Shown: one piece after another, positions 38,289-48,149 of the stretch
Layout: every line of letters begins with the position of its first letter
How positions within the stretch are numbered: the stretch's first letter is position 1
Assembly (NCBI GenBank): GCA_030019365.1
Contig: JASEFA010000001.1
Location: 398,953 to 462,952 of the forward strand
DNA from: Bacillota bacterium
GTDB lineage: Bacteria; Bacillota; Sulfobacillia; JACIYH01
Reading direction: 5' to 3'
DNA length: 64,000 nt
The notes under the pieces: generated by a model
What the model was told of the DNA's origin: nothing
What the model saw: the letters and a program-made list of their open reading frames with translations, nothing else
Databases searched by the model: none
Program-made: the position numbers and the translations under genes

Positions 38289-38710
38289 GCCGGACCCCCC
38301 CGTTCACCTTTGCGCACCGGTGGGAACACCACTCCCTGGACGTGGATGTTAACTTCCACCACCTTGAGGTCGGTCATATCTTCTACGGCCTTCTTGACGA
38401 CCTGCTGGACCCGCTGGGCCACTTCCGGGATGCGCACTCCGTACCTGACCACCAGGTAGAGGTCAACGGCGGCCTCCCGCTCACCCACTTCCACCCTGAC
38501 CCCCCGGGGTACCCCCCTCCGGGCCAGGGCGGAACTCAGGTCCCCCACCAGCCCGGCGGAAAGGCCGGCCACTCCCTCTACCCCGGTGGCAGCGATGGCA
38601 GCCAGGGTGGCAACCGCCTCCTCCGAGACCCTGACGGTCGCTTCGGGCCTGTCCCCCTCGGCCACGGTTTCCCCCCTGTCCGGTCCCCGCGCCCCGCCTA
38701 ATGATACCAC
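38285..38710 (-). CDS. alkaline shock protein Asp23/Gls24 family (YqhY-like)
   Basis: 141 aa, Asp23-like fold (VRVSEEAVATLAAIAATGVEGVAGL...VEVNIHVQGV). Confidence 0.7.
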   Translation of the reverse strand: MVSLGGARGPDRGETVAEGDRPEATVRVSEEAVATLAAIAATGVEGVAGLSAGLVGDLSSALARRGVPRGVRVEVGEREAAVDLYLVVRYGVRIPEVAQRVQQVVKKAVEDMTDLKVVEVNIHVQGVVFPPVRKGERGGPA

Positions 38711-38716
38711 ACCGGG

Positions 38717-40054
38717 TCAGGGATCCGCACCCCGGTCCAGGTAGGTGGTACCCGCTTCACCCCGGCTGAAAACGGGGTCATCCAGCAGCCGCAGGTGCAG
38801 GGGGATGGTGGTACGTACCCCCTCCACCACGTATTCGTGCAGGGCCCGGCGGGCCCGGGCCACCGCCTCCCGGCGGTCCTGCCCCCATACCGTGAGCTTG
38901 GCCAGCAGGGAGTCGTAGTGGGGCGGGATCGTCCACCCCGGGTAGACCCCGTCATCCACCCGCACGCCCGGGCCCCCCGGGGGGCGGTAGGCGGTGAGAG
39001 ACCCGGGACAGGGGAGGAAGTCCTGGTCGGGATCTTCGGCGCAGATGCGCATCTCCAGTGCCCACCCCCGGGGGCGCAAGGCCGCCTGGCCGAATCTCAG
39101 GCGCTCGCCCGCGGCTATCCGCAGTTGCTCCTGGACCAGGTCCACCCCCCAGACCATTTCCGTCACGGGATGCTCCACCTGGATGCGTGCGTTCACCTCC
39201 AGGAAGTAGCAGGCGCCTCCCGTCACCAGGAACTCCACGGTGCCAGCCCCCCGGTAACGGGCGGCGCGCATGATCCGGAGCGCCGCCCGGGCCAGGGTCC
39301 GGCGCATGCTCTCGTCGAGGGCGGGCGACGGGCACTCCTCCAGCACCTTCTGCCGCCGGCGCTGCAGGGAGCAATCCCGCTCGCCCAGGTGCACCATACT
39401 GCCGTAGCTGTCGGCCAGCACCTGCACCTCAATGTGACGCGGCTGCTCCAGATACTTCTCCAGGTACAGCTCGGGCGACCCGAATGCCGATCTGGCCTCC
39501 TGGGCCGCCAGCTCCCACCGCCGGCGCAGGCCGTCCTCGTCGCGCACCAGGCGGATGCCGCGCCCTCCCCCCCCGGCCAGCGCCTTCAGGAGCACCGGGT
39601 AACCCAAGCGGCGGGCAAGCCCGCAGGCTTCCTCCAGGGAAGCCAGCGGGTGGCTGCTCCCCGGTACCACGGGCACTCCCGCTCGCGCCGCCACTTCCCG
39701 GGCGGCGATCTTGTCTCCCAGCAGCCGCAGCGTGGCGGATGAAGGACCCACGAAAGCGATGCCCATGGCCTCGCACACCTGGGCGAAGGCAGGGTTTTCG
39801 GAAAGGAAGCCGTAGCCCGGGTGCACGGCATCACTCCCGGTATCTACCGCCGCCTGGATCAGACGGGGTATGTTGAGGTACGAGCGGAGGGCGGGCGGAG
39901 GGCCGATGGCAACCGCCTCGTCCGCGAGCTTCACGTGCAGGGAGTCAGTGTCAGCCTCCGAATAGACGGCCACCGTCTCCAGGTCCAGTTCACGGCAGGC
40001 GCGGATGACGCGGACCGCGATCTCGCCCCGGTTGGCGATGAGGACTCTGCGCAC
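38717..40054 (-). CDS. accC: acetyl-CoA carboxylase biotin carboxylase subunit
   Basis: VLIANRGEIAVR, ATP-grasp GGGGRGIR, ~445 aa; GTG start 40054 with GAGG spacing (track 40111); no accB adjacent. Confidence 0.85.
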   Translation of the reverse strand: MRRVLIANRGEIAVRVIRACRELDLETVAVYSEADTDSLHVKLADEAVAIGPPPALRSYLNIPRLIQAAVDTGSDAVHPGYGFLSENPAFAQVCEAMGIAFVGPSSATLRLLGDKIAAREVAARAGVPVVPGSSHPLASLEEACGLARRLGYPVLLKALAGGGGRGIRLVRDEDGLRRRWELAAQEARSAFGSPELYLEKYLEQPRHIEVQVLADSYGSMVHLGERDCSLQRRRQKVLEECPSPALDESMRRTLARAALRIMRAARYRGAGTVEFLVTGGACYFLEVNARIQVEHPVTEMVWGVDLVQEQLRIAAGERLRFGQAALRPRGWALEMRICAEDPDQDFLPCPGSLTAYRPPGGPGVRVDDGVYPGWTIPPHYDSLLAKLTVWGQDRREAVARARRALHEYVVEGVRTTIPLHLRLLDDPVFSRGEAGTTYLDRGADP

Positions 40055-40194
40055 GATCCGACCTCGCTCTCGGGCAACGGGTGAGAAGTCTTTCGGCAAA
40101 ACCGTCGCCATTCCTTGTCACCGGGCGAGGTCGACCGGTCCTACGGGTGTGCTGTCCGTTCCGGTACCAAGGGGCCGGTCCGGTCCGGTACTGG

Positions 40195-40767
40195 CTACCG
40201 GGTGCTTCCACCGCTCGCCACCGGGGCCACGATGGCCACCTGCTCGGGCCGGCACCCTGTCACCCGGCACACGGCATCGGCGATACGGGTGGCGTCTGGT
40301 CCCTGCAAGGGATCGGGTACAACCACCGTCACCGCACCTTCCCGCACATACGCCAGCACGTCCCGGTACCCCTTGGACCTCAGGATACCTTCGATCTCCA
40401 CTTCCTTTCCCATGGCGGCGATGATAGCCAGGATCTGCTCCTGGGCCCGGGTCCTGACATCCGGTGCCGTGTCGCGGGAGGACACCATTCTCTCCAGGAG
40501 TTCTATCTGCTGGCTGCGCACCCGCTCCCGCTCCATGCGGGCCTCGGCCAGGGAGCCGCCGGGCTCAAAGGGCGCCATAACCTCCGTGCTCTCCGGAGGC
40601 GGCGGGTTGGCCCCCGGCACCTGGGTGGCCCCGAGCCGCGGCCCGTGGCCCCGTGTGCGCAGGTATACCGCACCCGCGGCCAGCAGGGCGAGCAGGAAGA
40701 GCAGCACCAGGAACCTCAGCAGCTCCTTTCTCCCCAATGCGGCAAAGGTCACCGGCCGGCCGGACAT
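40195..40767 (-). CDS. spoIIIAH: stage III sporulation protein AH
   Basis: N-terminal TM and C-terminal YscJ-like domain; last gene of the spoIIIA run. Confidence 0.75.
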   Translation of the reverse strand: MSGRPVTFAALGRKELLRFLVLLFLLALLAAGAVYLRTRGHGPRLGATQVPGANPPPPESTEVMAPFEPGGSLAEARMERERVRSQQIELLERMVSSRDTAPDVRTRAQEQILAIIAAMGKEVEIEGILRSKGYRDVLAYVREGAVTVVVPDPLQGPDATRIADAVCRVTGCRPEQVAIVAPVASGGSTR

Positions 40768-40789
40768 CGTTCATCCCCCCTCGTGCACC

Positions 40790-41386
40790 TTAACGGCTGG
40801 GTACTACCTGCACCCGGTGGGCGGGCAGACCGAGAAGGGTCTGCACGGCCCGGGCCAGCATCTCGCAGACACGGGGATCGCGCGCCCCCGACGCCACCAC
40901 CAGCACCCCGGCGATTTCCGGTGCCTCCTGCCGCGATACCACGGGCTGGTCCTGCCCTCCGGGCCGGGCCATGACCGCCTGTACGCTCTCCTGCTTCTCC
41001 TCAGTGACCCGGAGGGCACCCCCCGGCTCCTTTTCTTCGGTACGACGGGTGGTGCGGGACACGTCCTGGACCACATCCTGCCTGGGGCCGGAGCGGTAAG
41101 TGATGCTCACGGCCACCTGGCCGGCACCCGCTATGCGAGAAAGCACCGTCTCCAGGCTCTCTGGGGTGACTTCTCCGCGGGCGGCCACGGGAGCCATGAC
41201 TTCGGTGTCCCGGCCGGCGGGGATAGGCGGTTGCGACCGCCGCTGCCCCAGCCATGAGCCCGCCAGTATGAGGATCAACCCCACCACGCCCGCCAGTACC
41301 AACCAGGGACTGGGTCGAGTGCCCTGCCCCCAGAGTCTCCACATGGGTGACCCGCTTCCGTGCGCCGATTCCATGCCCCTGCGCAA
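40790..41386 (-). CDS. spoIIIAG: stage III sporulation protein AG
   Basis: TM then EscJ/FliF-like ring domain (GVLVVASGARDPRV...QTLLGLPAHRVQVVP). Confidence 0.75.
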   Translation of the reverse strand: MRRGMESAHGSGSPMWRLWGQGTRPSPWLVLAGVVGLILILAGSWLGQRRSQPPIPAGRDTEVMAPVAARGEVTPESLETVLSRIAGAGQVAVSITYRSGPRQDVVQDVSRTTRRTEEKEPGGALRVTEEKQESVQAVMARPGGQDQPVVSRQEAPEIAGVLVVASGARDPRVCEMLARAVQTLLGLPAHRVQVVPSR

Positions 41387-41388
41387 TG

Positions 41389-41919
41389 CTATCCCTCCCC
41401 CACGCTGACGCGGTCCCGGGGTATGCCCAGGTACCGGGCAACCGTGTCCCCCAGGCGTTCCCCCTCTCCGGGGGCCAGGGATCCGGCGCGGGATCGCACC
41501 CGGACCCGGACCCCGGTGATTTCGAGGCCCTCGAGCAGCACCTCCACCCGGGCTGCGGAGACGGTGCCGGAACTGACCAGGAGGTCCCGCACCGCCGCAG
41601 CTACCCGCTCTCGGAAGGCCTCCTGCACCTGGCGGTCGCGCGCAAGCTGGACCTCATGGGCGAGATTGCCCGGCAGCGTGCCGCCCGCAAGAGCGGATGC
41701 GGTGCGGGCGGCCGCCGACCCGGCCCGGGAGACGGCGGGAGCGGGGCCACCTGCGGTCAACCAGGCCAGTACAGGCTCCAGTACGGCCAGCACCAGGATC
41801 ATGCCCGCCACCAGCCTCAGGTACTGGCGGAAAGTGGACCGGGGCAGGAGCAACTCCACGCTCAGGATGAGGAGCAGCAGCAGGACTATGTTCCGCAACC
41901 AGCCCCATAGCGCCGCCAT
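41389..41919 (-). CDS. spoIIIAF: stage III sporulation protein AF
   Basis: Start trimmed to MAALWGWLRNIVLLLLLIL (two TMs); the track's 5' extension is rejected. Confidence 0.7.
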   Translation of the reverse strand: MAALWGWLRNIVLLLLLILSVELLLPRSTFRQYLRLVAGMILVLAVLEPVLAWLTAGGPAPAVSRAGSAAARTASALAGGTLPGNLAHEVQLARDRQVQEAFRERVAAAVRDLLVSSGTVSAARVEVLLEGLEITGVRVRVRSRAGSLAPGEGERLGDTVARYLGIPRDRVSVGEG

Positions 41920-42005
41920 GGTCCCCTTCCCCCTTCCCCGTTCGCCCGGTCCGTCTCCCCCCGTCCGCCCCGGCACCCCGGCGGGCGGTTGCCGGCCTTC
42001 CTGCC

Positions 42006-43457
42006 TCAGACGGTGCGCGCCGCTCCCACCAGCATGGCGATGCACACCAGGAAGCTGAGGGCTACCATCCCCACAATCACCCCCAGCCAGCCCAGGGCGG
42101 CAGCTATCCCCCGCAGGCAGCCGGCCAGCTGGCCCGCGTCCAGCACCGCCACCAGGGCTCCCGCCAGGCGGTAGCACAGCATGAGGAGCACGATCTTGAC
42201 CAGGGGTAGCATGATCACGCCCAATATGGCAAGCGCACCCGCCCATCCCAGGCCGGTCATGACCAGGCGCGTGGAGGCGAAAACCACCTCGGTGGCGTCG
42301 GAGAACATCTTACCTACCACCGGCACGAAGGTGCCCGAGAGGAACTTGGTGGTGCGCACCAGGACTCCGTCCAGGGCCCGGCCGGCGGCGTTTTGCACCA
42401 CCGCCACACCCAGGAATGCGGCCATACTCAGGCCCACCGTCCACACGCTGCCCTGCCTGAGAAGGGTGCTCAGCCCCTCCAGCCGTCGCTTCTCTCCCAG
42501 GCCATCCACCAGCTCCACCAGGGCAGAACTGAAGAGGAGGGGCATGGCCACGCCCACCCCCAGCAACCCGGCTCCATTCACGGCCAGCATCAGGGCGGGG
42601 TGGAGCAGCCCGGCGCTGGCCGGCGTTCCGCTGGCTACGGTGAGGGCCAGAAAGGGTGGGATGAGGGCCAGCATGAGTGCCACCAGGCGATTCAGGACCA
42701 GCCTCGCGGCGGCAAAGGCAGTTACGAAAGCCGAAATGGCCACCCCCGCGAAAGCCAGGAAAGCCACCAGATGAGCCACTCTGGCCACCTGCCCGCCTCC
42801 GCAGGCCTCACCCAGCTGGACCAGCACCCCTGCCACCAGCGCCAGCAGCACCAGCTTCCCCAGAAGGGACAGGGTGGCGGGCACCTCCCCCCACAGCACC
42901 TGGGTCAGTCGCCGGCCCAGGGCAGGCAGGTCGACCATAATGCCCCCTTCCCTCAATCGCGAGACGATGGCCGGCACGTCCAGCGCCCCGGGCCTGCCCA
43001 GCTCCCTTTCGATCTCCCGGAGCATCTGGTCCAGCTGCAGAGACCGGGCCGCCTCCCACTGCTCCCGGGCTCCCCCCACGAGGTCGGGGCGGTCCTGCCC
43101 GGCTACCGGGCTACCAGTCCCTCCGGGTGCGGGGGAACCGGCTTCTCGGGTGACGGGGGAATCGCCCTCTCCGGCCGCCAGGACCGTCCCCCCGCCCGGC
43201 GGAGTCGCACCCGCCGGCCCCGGGATCGCCACGGCAAGGAGCAGGGCGAGGGCAAGGGCGAGGGCCCCGACCCGGAGGGCCGCCGCCCTCGCCACCGGTG
43301 CGCGCTGGCCGTGGCCTGCCCCCCGCCGGCACCCCGTCCCCCGCCGGCACCCCGTCCCCCGCCGGCTTCCCCGGCGTTGTCGTTCCCGCTGGCCTCCGCT
43401 CTGCCGCCCCCACGTCACCATGAACTGGCCCCCCGGGCGTACCTTTTCTGAACCCAT
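42006..43457 (-). CDS. spoIIIAE: stage III sporulation protein AE (polytopic membrane protein); N-terminal boundary uncertain
   Basis: Signal peptide (ALALALALLLAVAIPGPAGA) plus ~8 TMs; the ATG at 43457 overlaps the spoIIIAD stop (ATGA), but the signal peptide suggests a start closer to 43295. Confidence 0.75.
   Translation of the reverse strand: MGSEKVRPGGQFMVTWGRQSGGQRERQRRGSRRGTGCRRGTGCRRGAGHGQRAPVARAAALRVGALALALALLLAVAIPGPAGATPPGGGTVLAAGEGDSPVTREAGSPAPGGTGSPVAGQDRPDLVGGAREQWEAARSLQLDQMLREIERELGRPGALDVPAIVSRLREGGIMVDLPALGRRLTQVLWGEVPATLSLLGKLVLLALVAGVLVQLGEACGGGQVARVAHLVAFLAFAGVAISAFVTAFAAARLVLNRLVALMLALIPPFLALTVASGTPASAGLLHPALMLAVNGAGLLGVGVAMPLLFSSALVELVDGLGEKRRLEGLSTLLRQGSVWTVGLSMAAFLGVAVVQNAAGRALDGVLVRTTKFLSGTFVPVVGKMFSDATEVVFASTRLVMTGLGWAGALAILGVIMLPLVKIVLLMLCYRLAGALVAVLDAGQLAGCLRGIAAALGWLGVIVGMVALSFLVCIAMLVGAARTV
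43321..43366. repeat. 18-bp tandem direct repeat CCCCGCCGGCACCCCGTC, ~2.6 copies
   Basis: Seen directly; lies in the spoIIIAE N-terminal extension (encodes RRGTGCRRGTGCRRG) or, if spoIIIAE starts later, in the spoIIIAD-AE intergenic region. Confidence 0.6.
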
Positions 43458-43870
43458 CAGCGACTGGCCAGGGGGATGGCGGCCAGGATGGCGTCGGCGA
43501 GGGCCCGCACAATGGGTATGGCCAGGATGAGGATGATGATCTTGCCCGCCATCTCCACCTTGGTTGCCATGGCTCCCTCCCCGGCATCCCGGCACACCTG
43601 GCTCCCCAGCTCCGCCAGGTAAGCTATCCCCATTACGCGCAACAGGATCTGTACGTAGGTATCCCTGACCCCCGCCCGGGCTGCCAGCTCCTGCAGCAGG
43701 TCGATGGCCTGCCAGATCCGGTCCACCAGGAAGAAGAGGATGGCTGCGGCCGCGGCCAGGGAAAGCATCACCGCCATGTCCGGGCGCTGCTGGCGCAACA
43801 CCACCAGGATGACGGTGACGACCAGGGCAAATCCCACCACCTGCACCAGTTCCACCAGGTACCCTCTCAC
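43457..43870 (-). CDS. spoIIIAD: stage III sporulation protein AD
   Basis: 137 aa, four TMs; conserved position. Confidence 0.75.
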   Translation of the reverse strand: MRGYLVELVQVVGFALVVTVILVVLRQQRPDMAVMLSLAAAAAILFFLVDRIWQAIDLLQELAARAGVRDTYVQILLRVMGIAYLAELGSQVCRDAGEGAMATKVEMAGKIIILILAIPIVRALADAILAAIPLASR

Positions 43871-44082
43871 TACAGTCGAAACATGGTGCGGACGGTCTCG
43901 AAGAGGCGGACCACCAGTTGGATGACCATCATGAGCACCACCACCACGCCGGCCAGGGCCACCAGCTGTCCCTGCTCCTCCTTGCCCGCCTGCTTGAGGA
44001 CGGTGTAGAGGACGGATACCAGGATGCCCACCCCGGCTATCTTGAAGATCAGTTCCACGTCCACCTTTCCGCCTCCCCGCAC
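43870..44082 (-). CDS. spoIIIAC: stage III sporulation protein AC
   Basis: ~65-70 aa, two TMs (LIFKIAGVGILVSVLYTVLKQAG). Confidence 0.75.
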   Translation of the reverse strand: MRGGGKVDVELIFKIAGVGILVSVLYTVLKQAGKEEQGQLVALAGVVVVLMMVIQLVVRLFETVRTMFRL

Positions 44083-44086
44083 CCTC

Positions 44087-44602
44087 TCACCACAGGGCCA
44101 GCAGCAGGGCCAGGGGCACCAGGATCCCCAGGTAGCGGTACAGTTTCCCCTGTCGCTCCGCTTCTTCCCGGGCGCTCTGTTCCCGCGTCGCCAGCCGTTC
44201 GCGCGTCAGGGCTATGTGCCGCGCCTGATCGGCCCTTCCGCTCGTGCCCAGGGTGACACCGAGACCCCGGAGCACCTCCAGGTCAGCTACCGTCAGGCAG
44301 AGCGGGGTGCGTGCGCAGGCTTCCTCCCAGGCCTGGCTGGCGGTGCAACCGCTCCCGTCGGACAGACGGCCTGCGGCGTGCCCCAGGAGGTCGGCCACGG
44401 AGGGACCGGCCACCTGGGCCGACCGTTCCAGGGCCACGGGCAGGGGAGTAGCCCCCACGGCCACTTCCCTCTCCAGAACCCGCAGGGCGAGACCCAGGGA
44501 GCCGAGCTCTTTCACCCTCTGGCCCAGGCGGGCGGCGAACTGCCACCCCGTTCCCGCCCCGGCGAGAAGGAGCAGCACCGCCCCCAGCAACTTAACCCCC
44601 AC
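44087..44602 (-). CDS. spoIIIAB: stage III sporulation protein AB
   Basis: GTG start 44602 with a GGGGGGA Shine-Dalgarno (VGVKLLGAVLLLLAGAG); GspF-like domain; the track's 5' extension is rejected. Confidence 0.7.
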   Translation of the reverse strand: MGVKLLGAVLLLLAGAGTGWQFAARLGQRVKELGSLGLALRVLEREVAVGATPLPVALERSAQVAGPSVADLLGHAAGRLSDGSGCTASQAWEEACARTPLCLTVADLEVLRGLGVTLGTSGRADQARHIALTRERLATREQSAREEAERQGKLYRYLGILVPLALLLALW

Positions 44603-44621
44603 CTTGTCCCCCCTGCCTGCA

Positions 44622-45674
44622 TCATATGGCCCGGCCCCTGGTGATATGCCCTGGCCCCAGCGGTCCCGGGGGCAGCGGGCGCCGCAGCAGGTTTTCCCCG
44701 CGGGCCGACCAGACTGCCTCGGTAGTCCCCGGGCCCAGCCGCCGGCTGAGCAGGACCACCAGGGGAAAGGTCCCCCGGGCCAGCAGGCCGCCCAGGTGGG
44801 GCCGGGACCTGGCCTCCTCCAGCGAGGAAGCATGGGCGGTGGCGAGGACATCCACCCCGGCGTGCAGGGCCTCTTCGACCGCGGCCACGTCGGCCGCACC
44901 TCCCAGTTCGTCGGTGGCCACCACCCGCGGTGACATGGCCCGCACCGCCATCATCAACCCGGCCGCCTTGGGCGCACCGTCCAGGACATCCGTACGCAGG
45001 CCTACATAGCGCTGCGGTTCCCCGTTCCAGCACCCGGCCACTTCGGAACGCTCGTCCACCAGGCAAACCTTTATCCCCGGAAATCCCAGGGCGGGGAGGC
45101 CGTCGGAAAGCTGGCGTACCGCGTCCCGCAGCACGGTGGTCTTTCCTCCCAGGGGGGCCGACAGGATGAGGGCTCCCCTCACCGCACCCTCGCCCACCAG
45201 GAAAGGCATGATGGGGTCCGCCGCCCCCCGTACTTCCCGGCAGACGCGGAAGCTGAGCGAGGATATGTCGACGAGGCGGGCGATGCGCCCGCCTTCCAGC
45301 ACCGCCCGCCCGCAAAAGCCCACCCGGTGTCCGCCGGACACCGTCACATACCCCTGGGATAGCTGTTCTTCTACAGCGTAAAGGGAGCCCTGGAACAGAA
45401 GCTGCAGTGCGGCCTCCAGGTCCGCCCGGTTCACCCGGTACGCTTCGTCGGGGCTCGCGGCGAGGCGGCCGTCGGGGCACACGAAGGTTTCCCGGCCGTC
45501 ACTCCCCACGGCCAGCGGGCAACCGATCCGCAACCGGATCTCTTCCAGACGCGCTACCATAGTGGGTGCCAGGCGTTCCAGCGCTGCACGCACCGGTCCG
45601 GCCACGAAAGGTAACAGATCTTCCTGCCAGGTTCGCCCCACGTCCCCTCCCCCCGGTCCTGAGGAACGCACCAC
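44622..45674 (-). CDS. spoIIIAA: stage III sporulation protein AA (secretion-type ATPase)
   Basis: LEEIRLRIGCPL N-terminal region and Walker A GGKTT (APLGGKTTVLRDAV); exact start uncertain. Confidence 0.8.
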   Translation of the reverse strand: MVRSSGPGGGDVGRTWQEDLLPFVAGPVRAALERLAPTMVARLEEIRLRIGCPLAVGSDGRETFVCPDGRLAASPDEAYRVNRADLEAALQLLFQGSLYAVEEQLSQGYVTVSGGHRVGFCGRAVLEGGRIARLVDISSLSFRVCREVRGAADPIMPFLVGEGAVRGALILSAPLGGKTTVLRDAVRQLSDGLPALGFPGIKVCLVDERSEVAGCWNGEPQRYVGLRTDVLDGAPKAAGLMMAVRAMSPRVVATDELGGAADVAAVEEALHAGVDVLATAHASSLEEARSRPHLGGLLARGTFPLVVLLSRRLGPGTTEAVWSARGENLLRRPLPPGPLGPGHITRGRAI

Positions 45675-45953
45675 CGGGGGCGCCGACAGCGTGCGGTCAC
45701 CCGCGTCTCTCAGGCCACCTCCACCGTATTCCTCTTTCCCCAGATTATGCTAGAAAGGTTTGAGCCCCGCTGCCCGGGAGCTTCCTTGGGGGGCCCTAGA
45801 AGTTCCGGGGCTGGTGCGGGGCTCGCTGCTATAGTTTCCCACGGGCGGGAGATCTATGCGCGCCAGCGGCCAGGGCGTGATCCGTACCGACCGACCGGGC
45901 CTTCATGGGTCCGGCGGCCGGGGCCCGCTACGCGCACCCGCGGTGCTGGGCCG

Positions 45954-46358
45954 TCAGCGGCGCTCGGGGGGTCCTTCTTCTTCTTCGTCCTCCTCGTCGC
46001 GGTAGATCAGCTCACCGCAGTTGGGGCAGCGCAACTGCATGGGCCCCTCTTCCCCCAGCTCCTCCTCGGCGTAGGAGACCGTCTCCCCACAGTGGGGGCA
46101 CTGCACCTCGAAGAACTCCTCTTCGCCCTCCTCGGTTTCCGCCACCCGCTCCTCGAGCTCGGCCACGTCCTCGTCCAGATCCTCCAGGTACTCTTCCTGT
46201 TCGTCGACCCGCCCGCGCAGGCTCTCCACTTCCTCGGCAAACTCGCCCAGCACGTCGAGGATGGCCTTGAGCAGCCGGCCTTCCTTGGATTCGGCCTCCA
46301 GGTTCAGGCCCTCCGCCAGTCCCTTCAGGTAAGCCACCCGGGAGCTCAGGTCGCCCAC
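45954..46358 (-). CDS. acidic coiled-coil protein with C-terminal Cys4 zinc ribbon (conserved hypothetical)
   Basis: GTG start 46358 behind a GGAAGGAGGTG Shine-Dalgarno; CPHCG...CPNCG; highly acidic. Confidence 0.55.
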   Translation of the reverse strand: MGDLSSRVAYLKGLAEGLNLEAESKEGRLLKAILDVLGEFAEEVESLRGRVDEQEEYLEDLDEDVAELEERVAETEEGEEEFFEVQCPHCGETVSYAEEELGEEGPMQLRCPNCGELIYRDEEDEEEEGPPERR

Positions 46359-46449
46359 CGGCCCCACCTCCTTCCGCGGGCCCCCACCGGCCCGCAACCT
46401 CGTCCCGCCCCGGCACAAGCGGCACGGGGCCAGAGCAGAACCCCGACCG

Positions 46450-47007
46450 TCACACGCGCTCCAGGTACTGGTGGGTGCGCGTGTCCACCCGGATCACGTC
46501 CCCCACCTCCACGAAAAGGGGAACCTTTACCGTGGCCCCTGTCTCCAGCCGGGCCGGTTTGGTGCCTCCGGTGGCAGTATCCCCCTTCAGGCCCGGCTCC
46601 GTCTCCACCACTTCCAGCTCCACGAAGTTGGGCAGCTCCACCCCGATGGGGGTGCCCTCGTGCATGAGCACGTACACGGTGCAGTTTTCCTTCATGTACA
46701 GGGTGGCGTCACCCAGCCGGCTCCTATCCAGTTGGATCTGGTCGTACGTCCCGGTGTCCATGAAGAAATACTGGTCCCCCATACCGTAAAGATACTGCAT
46801 CTCCCGCCGCTCCACATGGGCCTGGGGGAAGCGTTCGCCGGCGGCAAAGGTCCGGTCCAGCACGGCCCCGGTCTTTATGTTCTTGAGCCGGGTCCTCACG
46901 AAAGCCGAGCCCTTGCCGGGCTTGACGTGCTGGGCCTCCACCACCATCCAGATCTCCCCGTCCACCTCTACCGTGATCCCGGGCCTGAAGTCGTTGGTCG
47001 AAATCAC
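46450..47007 (-). CDS. efp: elongation factor P
   Basis: 185 aa; the conserved KPGKG loop carrying the modified lysine. Confidence 0.9.
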   Translation of the reverse strand: MISTNDFRPGITVEVDGEIWMVVEAQHVKPGKGSAFVRTRLKNIKTGAVLDRTFAAGERFPQAHVERREMQYLYGMGDQYFFMDTGTYDQIQLDRSRLGDATLYMKENCTVYVLMHEGTPIGVELPNFVELEVVETEPGLKGDTATGGTKPARLETGATVKVPLFVEVGDVIRVDTRTHQYLERV

Positions 47008-47035
47008 CCTCCGTTACCCCCCGCTTCCCCTGGCG

Positions 47036-48133
47036 TTACAGTTCGATGAGCCGTTTTTCCGCCCGGGACAGGATCTCGCAACCTTCCTCCCGCACCACCA
47101 CCAGGTCTTCGATGCGGACGCCCCCCCAGTCGGGTATGTATACCCCGGGTTCCACTGTTACCACCATGCCCGGCTCCAGGACGGGTTCGTCCGGCCCGGC
47201 CGCCTGGGGAGAAAGGCGGGGCGCCTCATGCACCTCCAGGCCCACCCCGTGACCCAGGCCGTGACCGAAGTGGTCGGCGTGGCCCGCCTCCGCGATCACC
47301 CGGCGCGCCTCCGCATCCACCTCCGAGCCCCGGCGGCCCGCCCGCAGGGCGGCGAGGCCGGCCTTCTGGGCCCGGGCCACCACTTCGTACACCTTTCTCT
47401 GCTCCTCGTCCGCCCTGCCCACCACCACGGTGCGGGTGAGGTCGGAACAATACCCGTCGACCGCGCAGCCCAGGTCCATGGTGACGAAACCCCCGGCCTC
47501 GATGCGGCGGGACGAAGCCCGCCCGTGGGGCAGGGCGGAACGGGGGCCGGAGGCCACGATGATGTCGAAGGCGGGCCCGGCGGCGCCCGCCCTGCGCATA
47601 TGATACTCCAGTTCCAGGGCCACCTCCTCCTCCCGCACCCCGGGACGGATCACTGACAGGATGTGGGCGAAGGCGTCGTCGGCCAGGGCGGCCGCCCGCC
47701 TGATGGCCCCGATCTCCCCCTCGTCCTTGGTCATACGCAGCTTCTCCACCAGCCCACTCTGCCCCACCAGTTCCGGCCCCAGTCCGGCCAGCGTCTCGTA
47801 CTGGGTGTAACTTGTGTGGTCCTTCTCGAAACCCAGCCGGCAGATACCCTGTTCCCGGAACAGCTCGCCCAGGGCCTCGCTGAGCTTCCCCTTCTGGGGA
47901 TATAGCTCCCAGTCCGGGGCCTGCTGGCGGGCCTGCTCGTAGTAGCGGAAGTCGGTGACCAGCCAGCACCGCTCCGGGGAGACGAGTAGTACCCCGGAGG
48001 ACCCCGTGAAACCGGAAAGGTAGCGGCGATTGGCATTCCCCGTCACCAGGAAGTACTCGATCTGTTGCCCCGCTATACCCTGCCTCAAAGCCTGCAACCG
48101 CGTCAAGGCTCCACCCCCCTCCCAGCTTTCCAT
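47036..48133 (-). CDS. Xaa-Pro aminopeptidase (M24B family, YqhT-like)
   Basis: Creatinase N-terminal domain plus the pita-bread metal ligands ([13 protein letters not shown]). Confidence 0.8.
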   Translation of the reverse strand: MESWEGGGALTRLQALRQGIAGQQIEYFLVTGNANRRYLSGFTGSSGVLLVSPERCWLVTDFRYYEQARQQAPDWELYPQKGKLSEALGELFREQGICRLGFEKDHTSYTQYETLAGLGPELVGQSGLVEKLRMTKDEGEIGAIRRAAALADDAFAHILSVIRPGVREEEVALELEYHMRRAGAAGPAFDIIVASGPRSALPHGRASSRRIEAGGFVTMDLGCAVDGYCSDLTRTVVVGRADEEQRKVYEVVARAQKAGLAALRAGRRGSEVDAEARRVIAEAGHADHFGHGLGHGVGLEVHEAPRLSPQAAGPDEPVLEPGMVVTVEPGVYIPDWGGVRIEDLVVVREEGCEILSRAEKRLIEL

Positions 48134-48149
48134 ACCCGGGTGCCGACGC

